This document shows, piece by piece, positions 10,412-19,819 of a DNA stretch of 64,000 nucleotides; the first letter of the stretch is position 1; each line of letters begins with the position of its first letter. The DNA is from Thermoanaerobaculia bacterium. Its GTDB lineage: Bacteria > Acidobacteriota > Thermoanaerobaculia > Multivoradales > JAGPDF01. The stretch lies in contig JAGPDF010000011.1 in NCBI GenBank assembly GCA_018057705.1, positions 21,985-85,984 on the forward strand. The letters are read 5' to 3'. The notes below the pieces were generated by a model that saw only the letters and a list, made by a program, of their open reading frames with translations, made no database searches and was not told where the DNA came from. A program made the position numbers and the translations under genes.

Positions 10412-11184
10412 CTCACGACCCGCACTTCGTCCCGGCCGCGCGCCGGCCCTTCGTGGCCGGCAACTGGAAGATGAACCTGGTGCGCTGGGAGGCCGACGCG
10501 CTCTGCAGGAAGCTCCTTGCGGCGCTCCCCCTCGCCTGCGAGGTCGCCGTCCTCCCCTCCTTCCCCCTCCTGCCCGGGGTGGTCGAAGCGCTCGCCGGAA
10601 GCGGCATCGGCGTCGGCGGCCAGGACCTCCACCCCGAGGGGAAGGGCGCCCACACCGGCGACGTCTCCGGGCTCCAGCTGGCCGACGTCGGCTGCTCCTG
10701 GGCGCTTTGCGGCCACAGCGAGCGCCGCCACGACCACGGGGAGGGCGACGAGCTCGCGGTGCAAAAAGCCCTCGCCGCGGTACGCTCGGGTTTGAAGCCT
10801 CTGCTCTGCGTCGGCGAGACCCGCGACGAACGCCTTCGGGGTGAGACCTTCGCCGTGCTCGACCGCCAGCTCGCCCCGCTCGCCGGCCTCTCCCACGCCG
10901 ACCTGCCGGGGCTGGTCCTCGCCTACGAGCCGGTCTGGGCGATCGGCACCGGCGAAACCGCCACTCCTGAAATCGCCCAGGAGGCGCATTTCCACCTGCG
11001 CGGCCGTTTGGAAGGCCTCTGGGGGGGTGCCGGCTCGGCCGTCAGAATACTCTACGGCGGGTCCGTAACTCCTGATAATTCAACGGGTTTGGCCGCAATG
11101 CCGGACATCGATGGGGGTCTCGTCGGAGGGGCGAGCTTTGACGCCGGCAAATTCCTCGCTATCATCTCTTCTTTCGCCGCCTGA
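10408..11184 (+). CDS. tpiA: Triose-phosphate isomerase
   Basis: '[10 protein letters not shown]', 'CGHSERR', '[11 protein letters not shown]' and 'ILYGGSV'. There is a 4-nt overlap with pgk. Confidence 0.92.
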   Translation: MTHDPHFVPAARRPFVAGNWKMNLVRWEADALCRKLLAALPLACEVAVLPSFPLLPGVVEALAGSGIGVGGQDLHPEGKGAHTGDVSGLQLADVGCSWALCGHSERRHDHGEGDELAVQKALAAVRSGLKPLLCVGETRDERLRGETFAVLDRQLAPLAGLSHADLPGLVLAYEPVWAIGTGETATPEIAQEAHFHLRGRLEGLWGGAGSAVRILYGGSVTPDNSTGLAAMPDIDGGLVGGASFDAGKFLAIISSFAA

Positions 11185-11202
11185 AGCGGTCCGAGGTTCT
11201 CC

Positions 11203-11604
11203 GTGATCTATCTGCTTTATACGCTGCACATCATCATCTGCATCTTCCTCATCCTGGTGGTCCTGCTCCAGCAGGGCAAGGGTGCGGATCTTTCGGTCTT
11301 CGGCGGCGGCACCACCATGGCCGCCTTCGGCGCCCGCAGCGCGACCAACCTCCTGCACCGGATGACGGTCGGCGGTTTCGTCGCTTTCATGCTGACGACG
11401 CTGGGCATCGCCTACATCAAGGGCAACGTCGAAGGTTCGTCGGTCATGAAGAGCGCCGCGCCGGCTCCGGTCTCCGCTCCGGCGACGCCGGCTCCAGCGC
11501 CCCCCGTTCCGGCTGCGGCCCCGACCGAAACGCCCACGGCATCTCCAGAGGCTGCGCCTGCGACGCCGCCCGACGCGCCTGCACCGCAGACGCCGAACCA
11601 GTAG
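11203..11604 (+). CDS. secG: Preprotein translocase subunit SecG
   Basis: 'LHIIICIFLILVVLLQQGKGADLSVFGGG' with a Pro/Ala-rich tail. The gap-pgk-tpiA-secG-tRNA-Leu order is conserved. GTG start. Confidence 0.85.
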   Translation: MIYLLYTLHIIICIFLILVVLLQQGKGADLSVFGGGTTMAAFGARSATNLLHRMTVGGFVAFMLTTLGIAYIKGNVEGSSVMKSAAPAPVSAPATPAPAPPVPAAAPTETPTASPEAAPATPPDAPAPQTPNQ

Positions 11605-11654
11605 AATCGATTCGCAGACAGGAAACTCCGGAAAAACTGATGTCTTTCGAGCAA

Positions 11655-11739
<85 letters not shown>

Positions 11740-11818
11740 CTCTTTGCAGGATCTGCAGAACCCGCGGTAGGTAGAAGGTAGTAGCAGGGGCCGCACGGCA
11801 AGCGGCAGACAAGCGAAA

Positions 11819-11856
11819 GGCGGCGTGCGGAGAGATCCGCGAACGCCGCCTTTTCC
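11819..11856. terminator. Bidirectional intrinsic terminator between tRNA-Leu and the convergent PPIase gene
   Basis: A GGCGGCGT..ACGCCGCC stem is followed by TTTTCCCTTT on the plus strand and TTTCGCTTG on the minus strand. Confidence 0.55.
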
Positions 11857-11895
11857 CTTTCCGGCCCGCTTGGGCCGGTCCCGCGCCAGTGCCCC

Positions 11896-12495
11896 TTACG
11901 GCAGGAGCGTCGCCTTCTTGATCTCGACCGTCGTATTGGGCACATCGCCGTACGGTCCGCGATTGCCGCGCGGCACGTTGACGATCTTGTCGGCCACATC
12001 CATCCCCTCGACGACCTTCGCGAACACCGCATAGCCCCAGCCGCCCGCGGTCTTGCCGGTGTGATCGAGCGAGCGGTTGTCGTTCACGTTGATGAAGAAC
12101 TGCGAGGTGGCGCTGCCCGGGTCGCTGGTGCGCGCCATCGAGAGCGTGCCGCGCTTGTTCTTGAGACCGTTGTCGGCCTCGTTGGGAATCGGCGGCTGCG
12201 TCGCCTTCTGCTTCATATCGGGGGTGAAGCCGCCACCCTGGATCATGAAGCCGGGGATGACGCGATGGAAGATGGTGCCATCGTAGTGGCCCGACTTCAC
12301 GTAGGCGAGGAAGTTCGCGACCGTCTTCGGCGCCTTCTCCGGATCGAGCTCGAGGACGATCTTGCCGAGCGTGGTGTCGAGCTCGACGCGCGGGTTCGCG
12401 GCCTTGGCCGGAGCCGGGGTCGCGGGGGCCGCGGCGGGCTGCGGCGAGTCGGATCCCAGCAGGGCAGCGGCAAACAGCAAAATGGCGGGACTCAT
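11896..12495 (-). CDS. Periplasmic peptidyl-prolyl cis-trans isomerase (cyclophilin type)
   Basis: ATG at 12495 lies after GGAGAAACC. A signal peptide is followed by '[15 protein letters not shown]', 'GTLSMAR' and 'SQFFIN'. Confidence 0.9.
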   Translation of the reverse strand: MSPAILLFAAALLGSDSPQPAAAPATPAPAKAANPRVELDTTLGKIVLELDPEKAPKTVANFLAYVKSGHYDGTIFHRVIPGFMIQGGGFTPDMKQKATQPPIPNEADNGLKNKRGTLSMARTSDPGSATSQFFINVNDNRSLDHTGKTAGGWGYAVFAKVVEGMDVADKIVNVPRGNRGPYGDVPNTTVEIKKATLLP

Positions 12496-12615
12496 GGTTT
12501 CTCCTTGTCGTGGTTGGGTTTGCGCAAACCCGAATCGTAGCATCGCAGGCTTTTCGGGCCTCCCCGGCGGCCGTGCGGGCGGCGGTCTGGCCTTGAGTCG
12601 GAGCGGCCGGGTGCC

Positions 12616-12631
12616 TGGTATCGAGTTTGCT
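12616..12631 (+). promoter_or_regulatory. Sigma-54-like promoter (weaker -24 element)
   Basis: cTGGTAtcgagTTTGCt has exact GG-N10-GC spacing. The -12 element is TTGCT and the -24 element is TGGTAT rather than TGGCAC. It lies about 65 nt upstream of the ATG at 12695. Confidence 0.4.
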
Positions 12632-12694
12632 ACCCTAGTCGGGCAGGCTCCGGAAGCACACACTCAACCCCGGAGGAACCTGGGAGGCTTTTCG

Positions 12695-13372
12695 ATGCGC
12701 CGCATCTCTTCGTGGAAGTTCATCGCGCTGTTCACTCTGCTTCTCGCCCCGGCGGCCTTCGCCCAGGACGCCGACTACACCAACAGTCCGCACGTCCGCG
12801 GGCGTTTCGAGCTCACGCCGACCGTGTCGTACAACTTCGGCGGCACGCTCTCCGGAGAGGAGAGCGACTTCTTCGACTTCGAGCTCGAGGCCGACGACAG
12901 TGAGGCGTTCGGCGTCACCTTCGGCATCCCGCTCTCGCCCTGGGCGCAGATCGAGCTCCTCGCCAGCCGCCAGCAGACCGAGCTGGCGTATGACGACGGC
13001 CTGTTCGGCGGCAATATCGGGGTGGCCGATTTCGACGTCAGCTACTACCACGTCGGCGGCCTCTTCCAGTGGGGCAACGGCCAGGTGCATCCGTTCTTCG
13101 TCGCGAGCCTGGGCGTCGCGAATCTGAATCCGGACGTGCCCGGAGCGAGCGCCGAGAACAAGTTCTCCGGCTCGATCGGCGGCGGCGTCAAGATCTTCCT
13201 CACCGACAACATCGGGCTGCGCTTCGAAGGCCGCGGCTTCTGGACTCTGCTCGACGACGGTGAGGACTACTACTACGACGACTGTTACCACTGCGGCGAC
13301 TACTACGACTACGGCTACTCCAACACCTTCGACCAGGCGCAGTTCTCCACCGGCCTGATCATCGCCTGGTAG
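12695..13372 (+). CDS. Outer-membrane beta-barrel protein (OmpA-like_TM/OmpW-like small barrel)
   Basis: ATG at 12695 lies after GGGAGG. The signal peptide is 'LLLAPAAFAQD'. The body shows an alternating amphipathic strand pattern and a C-terminal aromatic residue ('..TGLIIAW'). Confidence 0.7.
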   Translation: MRRISSWKFIALFTLLLAPAAFAQDADYTNSPHVRGRFELTPTVSYNFGGTLSGEESDFFDFELEADDSEAFGVTFGIPLSPWAQIELLASRQQTELAYDDGLFGGNIGVADFDVSYYHVGGLFQWGNGQVHPFFVASLGVANLNPDVPGASAENKFSGSIGGGVKIFLTDNIGLRFEGRGFWTLLDDGEDYYYDDCYHCGDYYDYGYSNTFDQAQFSTGLIIAW

Positions 13373-13373
13373 C

Positions 13374-15656
13374 TCAACTCGATCCGAAGTCGGGCTCGGC
13401 CGCTTCCACCCGGTTGCGGCCGTTTCTTTTTGCCGTGTAGAGGGCCGCGTCGGCCGCCGAAAGCAGCGGACGGGCGCGGGTCTTGCCGTCGGCCCGCACT
13501 TCGGCGCGTCCGGCGACCCCCATCGACAGCGTCACCTTGAGCGGCTCGCCGGTTTCGATCGGAATCTCGAGCGCCTCGATGCGCTCGCGGATCTTCTCGG
13601 CGAGGCGGAGGGCGCCGTCGAGCTGCGTCTCGGGCAGCACGATGAGAAACTCCTCGCCGCCGAAGCGACCGATGAAGTCGGTCTCCCGGAGCTGCGCCCG
13701 GAGCTCCGCCGCGACGCGCTGCAGCACCAGGTCGCCGGCCAGGTGGCCGTGGCGATCGTTGATCCACTTGAAGCGATCGAGGTCGGCAAGGGCGATCGAG
13801 AGCGGACGATCGTAGCGGATGGAGCGGCTCCACTCGCGATCGAGAATCTCCAGCACGGCCTCCCTGCGGTAAAGGCCGGTCAGGCCCTCGAAGGTCGCGG
13901 ACTCGAACAGCCGGGCGTTCTCGAAAACCGTCGCCGCCTGCCCGGCGAGGACCTTCAAGAGCTCAAGCTCTTCGGCGACGAAACGCTCGCCGCCTTTCTT
14001 CGCGCCCAGCAGTAGCAGGCCCACCAGCCTGCCGTGCGAGAGCATCGGCACGGTGAGCTCGGCACCGGCGCCGCGCAGGCGCGTGGCGAGCGAGCCGCCG
14101 GCACGCTCGAGCTGCGAGGCCGGCATCGGGCGCGCCCCGCGGGTGAGCGCGCGCAGCCCCACGTCGTCGGGCGCGAGCAGCACCGTCTGCTCGGAGTCTT
14201 CGAGTGCGATCCCGGAGGCCGCGAGGCTCATGAGCTGCCCCATCGGCGGCGCCGCGATCCAAAGCGTCGCCGAATGCAGCCCGAACGTCCGGCAGAGCTC
14301 GTCGCAGAGATACTCGCCCATGCGTGGGAGCTTGCCCCGCGCGGGCAGTTCGGCGACCATGCCGAGGGCGCGCTGGCGGAAGGCTTCGCTCTCCGGAAAC
14401 AGGCGTCGGTCGATCAGCCGCTGCAGACGCTTGCGCATCGGATTGAAGATCAGACCCAGTCCGAGCGTCGCCGCCGACACCACCCAGACCGACTCCCGTC
14501 CGCCCTCGAGCGAGCGCGCAAAGAGCGCCCCGCCGGCGCCCAGCGCGGCATAGAAGAGGAGCACCAGCGAGGTGGTCAGCGCGCCGTAGAGCAGGCTCTT
14601 GCGGATGACCAGCTCGATGTCGAAGAGTTGGTAGCGGAAGATCGCGACGAAGACGGCGACCGGAAAAGCGAGCAGCACCAACGTCCAGACCGCCTGCGGC
14701 ACCGCCACCGTCGGCAGACCGAGGAGCTGCCGGCCAGCGAGGAAGAAAACGACGCACATCCAGGGCAGGAGCCCGAGCAGCACCAGCCCCGCCTGCTGCC
14801 GCCCCTCGCGCCGCGGATGATGCAGGAAGCGCTCCCCCAGCAGCAGGGCGAGCGTCGTCGCCCAGAACGGCAGCCCGAGGTCGAGAAGCAGGAACTCGGC
14901 CTGGCTCGACGTCCACGGCAGGCTCCCGCCTTTGGTCTCGACGAGGATCGCGATCGCCGTGCTCGCGGCGACGACGCCGCCGATGCCGTAGAAGAGCGGC
15001 ACCAGCCAGGGCCGCTTCCTGAGCCACATCGGACGCTCCGGAACGAGTGCCGACAGGTGGATTTCGGCGCCCATCTGGAAGCCCGAGATCAGGTAGAAGC
15101 CGACCGTCGACCAGAGACCGATCGCGAGCAGATTGACCGGCTCGGAGGGCAACGAGAGCTCCGCAGCCACGGCCAGCGAGTAGAGATAGAGCAGCCGGGC
15201 CCGGACGTCCTGCCCGGCCTGCCCCACCGCGACGAGACCGAGCGCGACGTAGGCGATCGCCACCAGGAGGTCGAGCAGGAGCGAGCCCCAGGAGACTGCA
15301 ACCCCCGGCGCCAGGGTCAGCGTGACCCGCTGGCCGGCGCGGTCGACGATGACCGGCACCGGTTCGCCGCGTCGGAAGTCGATTGCGACCAGATCGTAGT
15401 CGGACTCGATCCGGATCGGCCGTCCGGCGATCTCGAGGATCCGGTCGCCGCCCCGCAGGCCCGCTCTCTCGGCCGGATAGCCCGGCACGAGCTCGCGGAT
15501 GCTCACCCCGGTGGCGCCGTCGTTGAGCGTGAAGCCGACGCGGCGGCCGCTCGCGGCGTCGGCGTGCGTCGCCTTGAGGTAGAACAGCCCGGCCAGCAAC
15601 AGCACCGGCAGAAAATAGATCAGCCCTCGGCGCAGAATCGGAGAGGTGATGGGCAA
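13374..15656 (-). CDS. Membrane diguanylate cyclase (PDZ, multi-TM, GAF, GGDEF)
   Basis: There is an N-terminal TM and a PDZ-like 'GYPAERAGLRGGDRILEIAGRPI'. This is followed by ~8 TM helices, a GAF-like segment and a GGDEF domain with 'RFGGEEFLIVLP'. TTG start. Confidence 0.85.
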   Translation of the reverse strand: MPITSPILRRGLIYFLPVLLLAGLFYLKATHADAASGRRVGFTLNDGATGVSIRELVPGYPAERAGLRGGDRILEIAGRPIRIESDYDLVAIDFRRGEPVPVIVDRAGQRVTLTLAPGVAVSWGSLLLDLLVAIAYVALGLVAVGQAGQDVRARLLYLYSLAVAAELSLPSEPVNLLAIGLWSTVGFYLISGFQMGAEIHLSALVPERPMWLRKRPWLVPLFYGIGGVVAASTAIAILVETKGGSLPWTSSQAEFLLLDLGLPFWATTLALLLGERFLHHPRREGRQQAGLVLLGLLPWMCVVFFLAGRQLLGLPTVAVPQAVWTLVLLAFPVAVFVAIFRYQLFDIELVIRKSLLYGALTTSLVLLFYAALGAGGALFARSLEGGRESVWVVSAATLGLGLIFNPMRKRLQRLIDRRLFPESEAFRQRALGMVAELPARGKLPRMGEYLCDELCRTFGLHSATLWIAAPPMGQLMSLAASGIALEDSEQTVLLAPDDVGLRALTRGARPMPASQLERAGGSLATRLRGAGAELTVPMLSHGRLVGLLLLGAKKGGERFVAEELELLKVLAGQAATVFENARLFESATFEGLTGLYRREAVLEILDREWSRSIRYDRPLSIALADLDRFKWINDRHGHLAGDLVLQRVAAELRAQLRETDFIGRFGGEEFLIVLPETQLDGALRLAEKIRERIEALEIPIETGEPLKVTLSMGVAGRAEVRADGKTRARPLLSAADAALYTAKRNGRNRVEAAEPDFGSS

Positions 15657-15695
15657 GAGGGTCTCGTCGTGCTCCCGGCTCGGATGCCGGCTAGT

Positions 15696-16043
15696 CTACG
15701 GCGGATCCGCAGTTCCCGCTGCCGTCCAGGGGCCGCAGCGCACCAGACGCCCGAGCGCGCGGAAGTTCCCGGTGACGAAGCCGTCGCGAGCGACGACTGC
15801 CGCGGCATACTGGCTGCACGAGGGAGTGAAGCGACAGCGCACGCCGCCTCTGTGGAGCCAGGGCGAGAGCCAAGCCTGGTAACGGCGGATCGCGCCGAGC
15901 TCGAGACGTGCCGTGACCTGCTTTGCCGGCGGAAGGCTCCAGTCGAAAGCGCAGAGAGCCACGGCGAAGAGCCCGGCCAGGAGCCAGCGGCGACGCAGCG
16001 TCCGCGACCTGCCTGGCGGAGGCTTCGATGCGGCTCGACTCAC
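15696..16043 (-). CDS. YidD-family membrane protein insertion efficiency factor paralog with N-terminal TM extension
   Basis: 'AIRRYQAWLSPWL..CRFTPSCSQYAAAVV..GRLVRCGPW' matches the YidD signature. GTG at 16043 overlaps the upstream TGA (GTGA). The rest of the 279-aa track ORF is a shadow frame. Confidence 0.65.
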   Translation of the reverse strand: MSRAASKPPPGRSRTLRRRWLLAGLFAVALCAFDWSLPPAKQVTARLELGAIRRYQAWLSPWLHRGGVRCRFTPSCSQYAAAVVARDGFVTGNFRALGRLVRCGPWTAAGTADPP

Positions 16044-16474
16044 GCCGGTAGCGTTCCGGCGGCGAGGCGCACGATCCAGACCAGGAGCAGCAGAAGTCCG
16101 GTCGCGATCGCAGCTTTGGGCGCGATCCGCCGCAGCACGAGGAGGTCCGGGGGCTCGGGCACTTCCTGGGTGCTCGACAGCGCAGTGGCGGTTCTCGCCC
16201 GGCGGAGCGCCACTCCCCAGGCGAGCCAGAAGATCGCCGCCTCGACGGCGAGAAGCGCGAACAGCGGATGCCAACGCCAGGACTCCGCGAACTTCCCCTG
16301 CGCGAGCGCCGCCGCGGCGCGCGTCAGGCCGCAGGCCGCGCAGGCAACGCCGGTGGCACGGTGGAAAAGACAGAGGTCTGGGCCGCCGGCAACGGCCGGG
16401 TCCCAGAGGGCGAGGGCAAGGAAAAGGGCGACGAGCCCGAGGCCCGTCGCCCACCAGTACCGCACCGCCGACAT
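16040..16474 (-). CDS. DUF2752-family membrane protein
   Basis: 'CLFHRATGVACAACGLTRAAAAL' matches the DUF2752 CxxCG(M/L)TR signature. It has 4 predicted TM helices. Confidence 0.7.
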   Translation of the reverse strand: MSAVRYWWATGLGLVALFLALALWDPAVAGGPDLCLFHRATGVACAACGLTRAAAALAQGKFAESWRWHPLFALLAVEAAIFWLAWGVALRRARTATALSSTQEVPEPPDLLVLRRIAPKAAIATGLLLLLVWIVRLAAGTLPA

Positions 16475-16488
16475 CTCCAGGTTCCTGC

Positions 16489-16815
16489 CTAGTTGCCTGC
16501 CGCGTCCGCCATCGCCCCCATGATCGCCAGGCCACCCATGAAGAAGATCCAGATCACGCCGAGGACAAGAAAGATCGTACCGATGATGCCGAGGATCATT
16601 CCCGCCATGGCGGTGCCCTGACCGGCGGCCGGACTGCTGCCCTCCTTGATCGCCTTGACTTCGTTCTTGCCGATGTACCAGGCGAACGGTGCGCAGAGTT
16701 GGCAGCAGAGGAAACCCAAGATTCCGAGAACGAGCGCCGTTGTCGCCTTGCTCGAGCCTGCCGAGGCCGGCGGGGCCGGCGGGGCCGGCGGCGGAGGAAT
16801 GTACTGGTCGTTCAT
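16489..16815 (-). CDS. DUF4190-family small membrane protein
   Basis: It has a Pro-rich N-terminus, then 'LVLGILGFLCC..' and 'GQGTAMAGMILGIIGTIFLVLGVI'. Confidence 0.65.
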   Translation of the reverse strand: MNDQYIPPPPAPPAPPASAGSSKATTALVLGILGFLCCQLCAPFAWYIGKNEVKAIKEGSSPAAGQGTAMAGMILGIIGTIFLVLGVIWIFFMGGLAIMGAMADAAGN

Positions 16816-16816
16816 C

Positions 16817-17173
16817 TCAGAACTTGTCCGCGAAGTCGGAGAGGCCGGGGATGAGGAAGCGCTGGCCGTTGACCGCCTTCATGATCGACAGGATCGTCAC
16901 GATCAGATACGGGATCCAGAGGAAGAGCGAGATGATGCTGGTCACGCAGCCGACGCCAGGGATGAACGACAGGATCGAGAACAGCACGAAGACGATGATC
17001 CAGGCGAAGAACTGGACGAGCCCGTGCTTGGCGTGCCACTGCACCTCTTTATCGTCCTTCTCGGTCAGCAGCGGCACCAGCGCCAGCAGGCCGAGGTAGG
17101 CGAGCACCAGCATCAGGGTCTTGTTGTTGTTCGCAGCAGCAGGCGGGGGTGGCGGAACGGACGGTTCGCTCAT
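16817..17173 (-). CDS. DUF4870-family membrane protein
   Basis: 'MLVLAYLGLLALVPLL..KDDKEVQWHAKHGL' and the C-terminal 'KAVNGQRFLIPGLSDF'. There is a 1-nt gap to the next gene. Confidence 0.6.
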   Translation of the reverse strand: MSEPSVPPPPPAAANNNKTLMLVLAYLGLLALVPLLTEKDDKEVQWHAKHGLVQFFAWIIVFVLFSILSFIPGVGCVTSIISLFLWIPYLIVTILSIMKAVNGQRFLIPGLSDFADKF

Positions 17174-17299
17174 CGTCAGCGTCTCCTCACGAGAAGTTGG
17201 TGGTTCTGCATGTGTTGAGTGCGTTCAACAGTTTATACCCCGCCTCCGGGGTGGACAAGCGACAAGAGGCACCCGGGGCGTGTCGCCGCGCGGGGTTCT

Positions 17300-17941
17300 T
17301 CAAACCGGCGCCTTGGCCGCCGATTTCCCCGCCGCGCTCGCCGACGCCTTCGCCGAAGTGCCGCGCGAGAGCAGTGCGCCGGCTTCGAGCAGGAACTTCG
17401 AGGCGGCGAAGAGGGTGAAGAGGAGGAGCGGCTTGCCGGAGAGGATCATGACCCAGGTGCCGACGAAGCCGGTCAGCCAGAAGAGCACGAAGCGGCGCGT
17501 CCCAGCGTCGACCCGGCGCGCGAGCTCCGCGGCGCTCGCCGACCGCAGCCGGGCGAGGTCGATCGCGAGCTCGACGCCGACGAGCAGGGCGATCCAGGGG
17601 AGGCCGGCCGAGGCGGCGAGGATCCCCTCCGTCGTCAGGAACCCCTTGTCGGTGAAGATGAAGAGGATCGCGGCGAGGAAGAGCCCGAAGATGCCGAACG
17701 CGCCCCCGTGCACGAGCAGCACGTCGCGGGTGCGAATCCCGGCGCGCGCGATCTCCCCCGGGTCGGCGCCGCGGCGCGCCCAGAGCGCCAGCAGGATCGC
17801 CGTGGCGCCCAGCAGCAGGACGCTCTCCACCCAGTAGAGGATCAGGCCGCCGGCGGGGCTCCAGCTGGCCGCGGCGACGCCGGCGATCGGCACGCCCTGC
17901 GCGCCACCGCGCAGAACCCACTGGAAGAGGCGGCGAATCAT
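17300..17941 (-). CDS. Hypothetical polytopic membrane protein
   Basis: ATG at 17941 ('MIRRLFQWVL..') with about 6 hydrophobic helices. The N-terminal part of the 374-aa track ORF is Arg/Ser/Pro-rich shadow sequence. Confidence 0.55.
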   Translation of the reverse strand: MIRRLFQWVLRGGAQGVPIAGVAAASWSPAGGLILYWVESVLLLGATAILLALWARRGADPGEIARAGIRTRDVLLVHGGAFGIFGLFLAAILFIFTDKGFLTTEGILAASAGLPWIALLVGVELAIDLARLRSASAAELARRVDAGTRRFVLFWLTGFVGTWVMILSGKPLLLFTLFAASKFLLEAGALLSRGTSAKASASAAGKSAAKAPV

Positions 17942-18029
17942 CGGCGGTCGAGTCTCCCCTGCCCGGTTGCAGACGAACCGGACTGCAGGAAGGAACGGAA
18001 TCGGCCGGGCAGAGAGGACAACGTCGCGG

Positions 18030-18611
18030 CTAGCCCACGAACGGCTCGGCCGCGATCCCGAGCTCGTCGAGCGTCGCGAGGAACGACGGCAGCTCGCTCT
18101 CGACGACCGCCAGCACGATTTCGGCGTCGGCGGTGTAGCTCTCGCTCGTGAGCTCCACGACGGGTGCCCGGACCAGGCGTTTGACGACGCCGATGCGCTC
18201 GTACGGCACGCGCAGCCGGAAGCTCCGGCGCGGCAGCTCGCGACGGGTCTGAAGGGCCTCGAGCGCGAGCTGGGTGGCGGCGGTGTAGGCGCGCGCCAGG
18301 CCGCCCTTGCCGAGCTTGGTGCCGCCGAACCAGCGCACGACGACGGCGACGACGTCGGTGATTCCGGCCCCGGCGAGCGCCCGCAGGATCGGTTGCCCGG
18401 CGGTGCCGGACGGCTCGCCGGCATCGGCGGCGCGCTCCGCCGCCGGCCAGCCGATCCGCCAGGCGAAGCAGTGATGGGTGGCGTCCGGGTAGCGCTTGCG
18501 CAACCCTTCGAGAAACTCCTTTGCCGCTTCCGGGGTCGGCGCCGGTGCGAGGTAGGCGAGAAATCGCGAGCCGAGCTCGCGGACCTCGGCTTCGGCCGGG
18601 CCGACCGCCAC
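18030..18611 (-). CDS. YigZ/IMPACT-family protein
   Basis: 'ELGSRFLAYLAP', 'DATHHCFAWRIG', 'AGEPSGTAGQPIL' and 'VVVRWFGGTKLGKGGLARAY'. The true start may lie slightly upstream at a non-ATG codon. Confidence 0.8.
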   Translation of the reverse strand: MAVGPAEAEVRELGSRFLAYLAPAPTPEAAKEFLEGLRKRYPDATHHCFAWRIGWPAAERAADAGEPSGTAGQPILRALAGAGITDVVAVVVRWFGGTKLGKGGLARAYTAATQLALEALQTRRELPRRSFRLRVPYERIGVVKRLVRAPVVELTSESYTADAEIVLAVVESELPSFLATLDELGIAAEPFVG

Positions 18612-18625
18612 CCGGTAGCCCTCCG

Positions 18626-19813
18626 TCAGGTCGCGGCCCTCGCGGCGGCAACTGGAGCGGGCGGAGCGGCCGGCGCGAGCGGTGCCGTCATTCCCTGCAG
18701 AACCTTCTCGTAGAGCGCGCGATACTGGCCGACGATGCGCTCCTGAGCGAAGCGCGCCACCGCGCCCTCGCGGGCTGCCGCACAGAAACGGGCATGGCGC
18801 GCGGGGTCGGTGAGCAGCCCGATCGCCCCGGCGCCCATCGCCACCACGTCCCCGACCGGAAACAGCAGGCCGTCGACGCCGTCGCGAACCACCTCCGGGA
18901 TGCCGCCGGCGGTGCTCGCCACCACCGGCACCGCGCAGGACAGCGCCTCGAGCGCCGCCAAACCGAACGACTCGCTTTCCGACGGCAGGAGGAAGAGGTC
19001 GGCGCCCGTCAGCACCTCCTCGACCGCGGCGATGTTGCCGAGGAAGGTCACCGAGCCGCAGGTGCCGGCGCGCCGGCAGCGCTCCTCGGCCTTGGCCCGG
19101 TCCGGGCCGTCGCCGACCAGCAGGAGCCGGGCCGGCATGGCCCTGCGCACCTCGAAGAAGACGTCGAGCACGTCCATGATCCGCTTGACCGGCCGGAAGT
19201 TCGAGATGTGGAGCAGGATCTTCTCGCCCGGCTTCGCCCAGCGCCGCGCCCCCGCCGACCCCCTGACCTCCTCGTAGCGCTGCGGGTCGATGAAGTTGGG
19301 TATCACCTCGATACGGCTCGCCTCGAGACCCAACTGCTCGACCGTGGCTTCGCGGAGTGAGCTCGAGACGGCGGTCACGGCGTCGCTCATGCGGAGGCCG
19401 AAGCGCGTCGTTTCGAGGTAGCTCGGATCGTTGCCGACCAGCGTGATGTCGGTGCCGTGCAGGGTCGTGACCACGGCGAGCGGCTGGGGCGCCAGAATCT
19501 GCTTGGCGAGCACCGCCGAGATCGCGTTCGGCACGGCATAGTGCACGTGCATCAGATCGAGCCTCTGGTGACGCGCCACCTCGGCCATCTTGGAGGCCAG
19601 CGCCAGCGAATAGGGCGGGTACTCGAACAGCGGGTAGTGCGGCACGACGACTTCGTGGAAGAAGAGGCTGGGCGCGAGCAGCGACAGGCGCGACGGCAGC
19701 GCGTAGCTGATGACATGCACCTCGTCGCCGCCGTCGGCCAACGCCATGGCGAGCTCCGTCGCGACGACTCCCGAGCCGCCGAAGGTCGGGTAACAGCTGA
19801 TTCCGATCCGCAT
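18626..19813 (-). CDS. bshA: N-acetyl-alpha-D-glucosaminyl L-malate synthase (bacillithiol biosynthesis glycosyltransferase)
   Basis: 'MRIGISCYPTFGGSGVVATELAMALADGGDEVHVISYALPSRL' closely follows the BshA N-terminus. It has a GT4 C-terminal E-x7-E region. It sits in an operon with bshB1 and bshC. Confidence 0.8.
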   Translation of the reverse strand: MRIGISCYPTFGGSGVVATELAMALADGGDEVHVISYALPSRLSLLAPSLFFHEVVVPHYPLFEYPPYSLALASKMAEVARHQRLDLMHVHYAVPNAISAVLAKQILAPQPLAVVTTLHGTDITLVGNDPSYLETTRFGLRMSDAVTAVSSSLREATVEQLGLEASRIEVIPNFIDPQRYEEVRGSAGARRWAKPGEKILLHISNFRPVKRIMDVLDVFFEVRRAMPARLLLVGDGPDRAKAEERCRRAGTCGSVTFLGNIAAVEEVLTGADLFLLPSESESFGLAALEALSCAVPVVASTAGGIPEVVRDGVDGLLFPVGDVVAMGAGAIGLLTDPARHARFCAAAREGAVARFAQERIVGQYRALYEKVLQGMTAPLAPAAPPAPVAAARAAT

Positions 19814-19819
19814 GACTCT

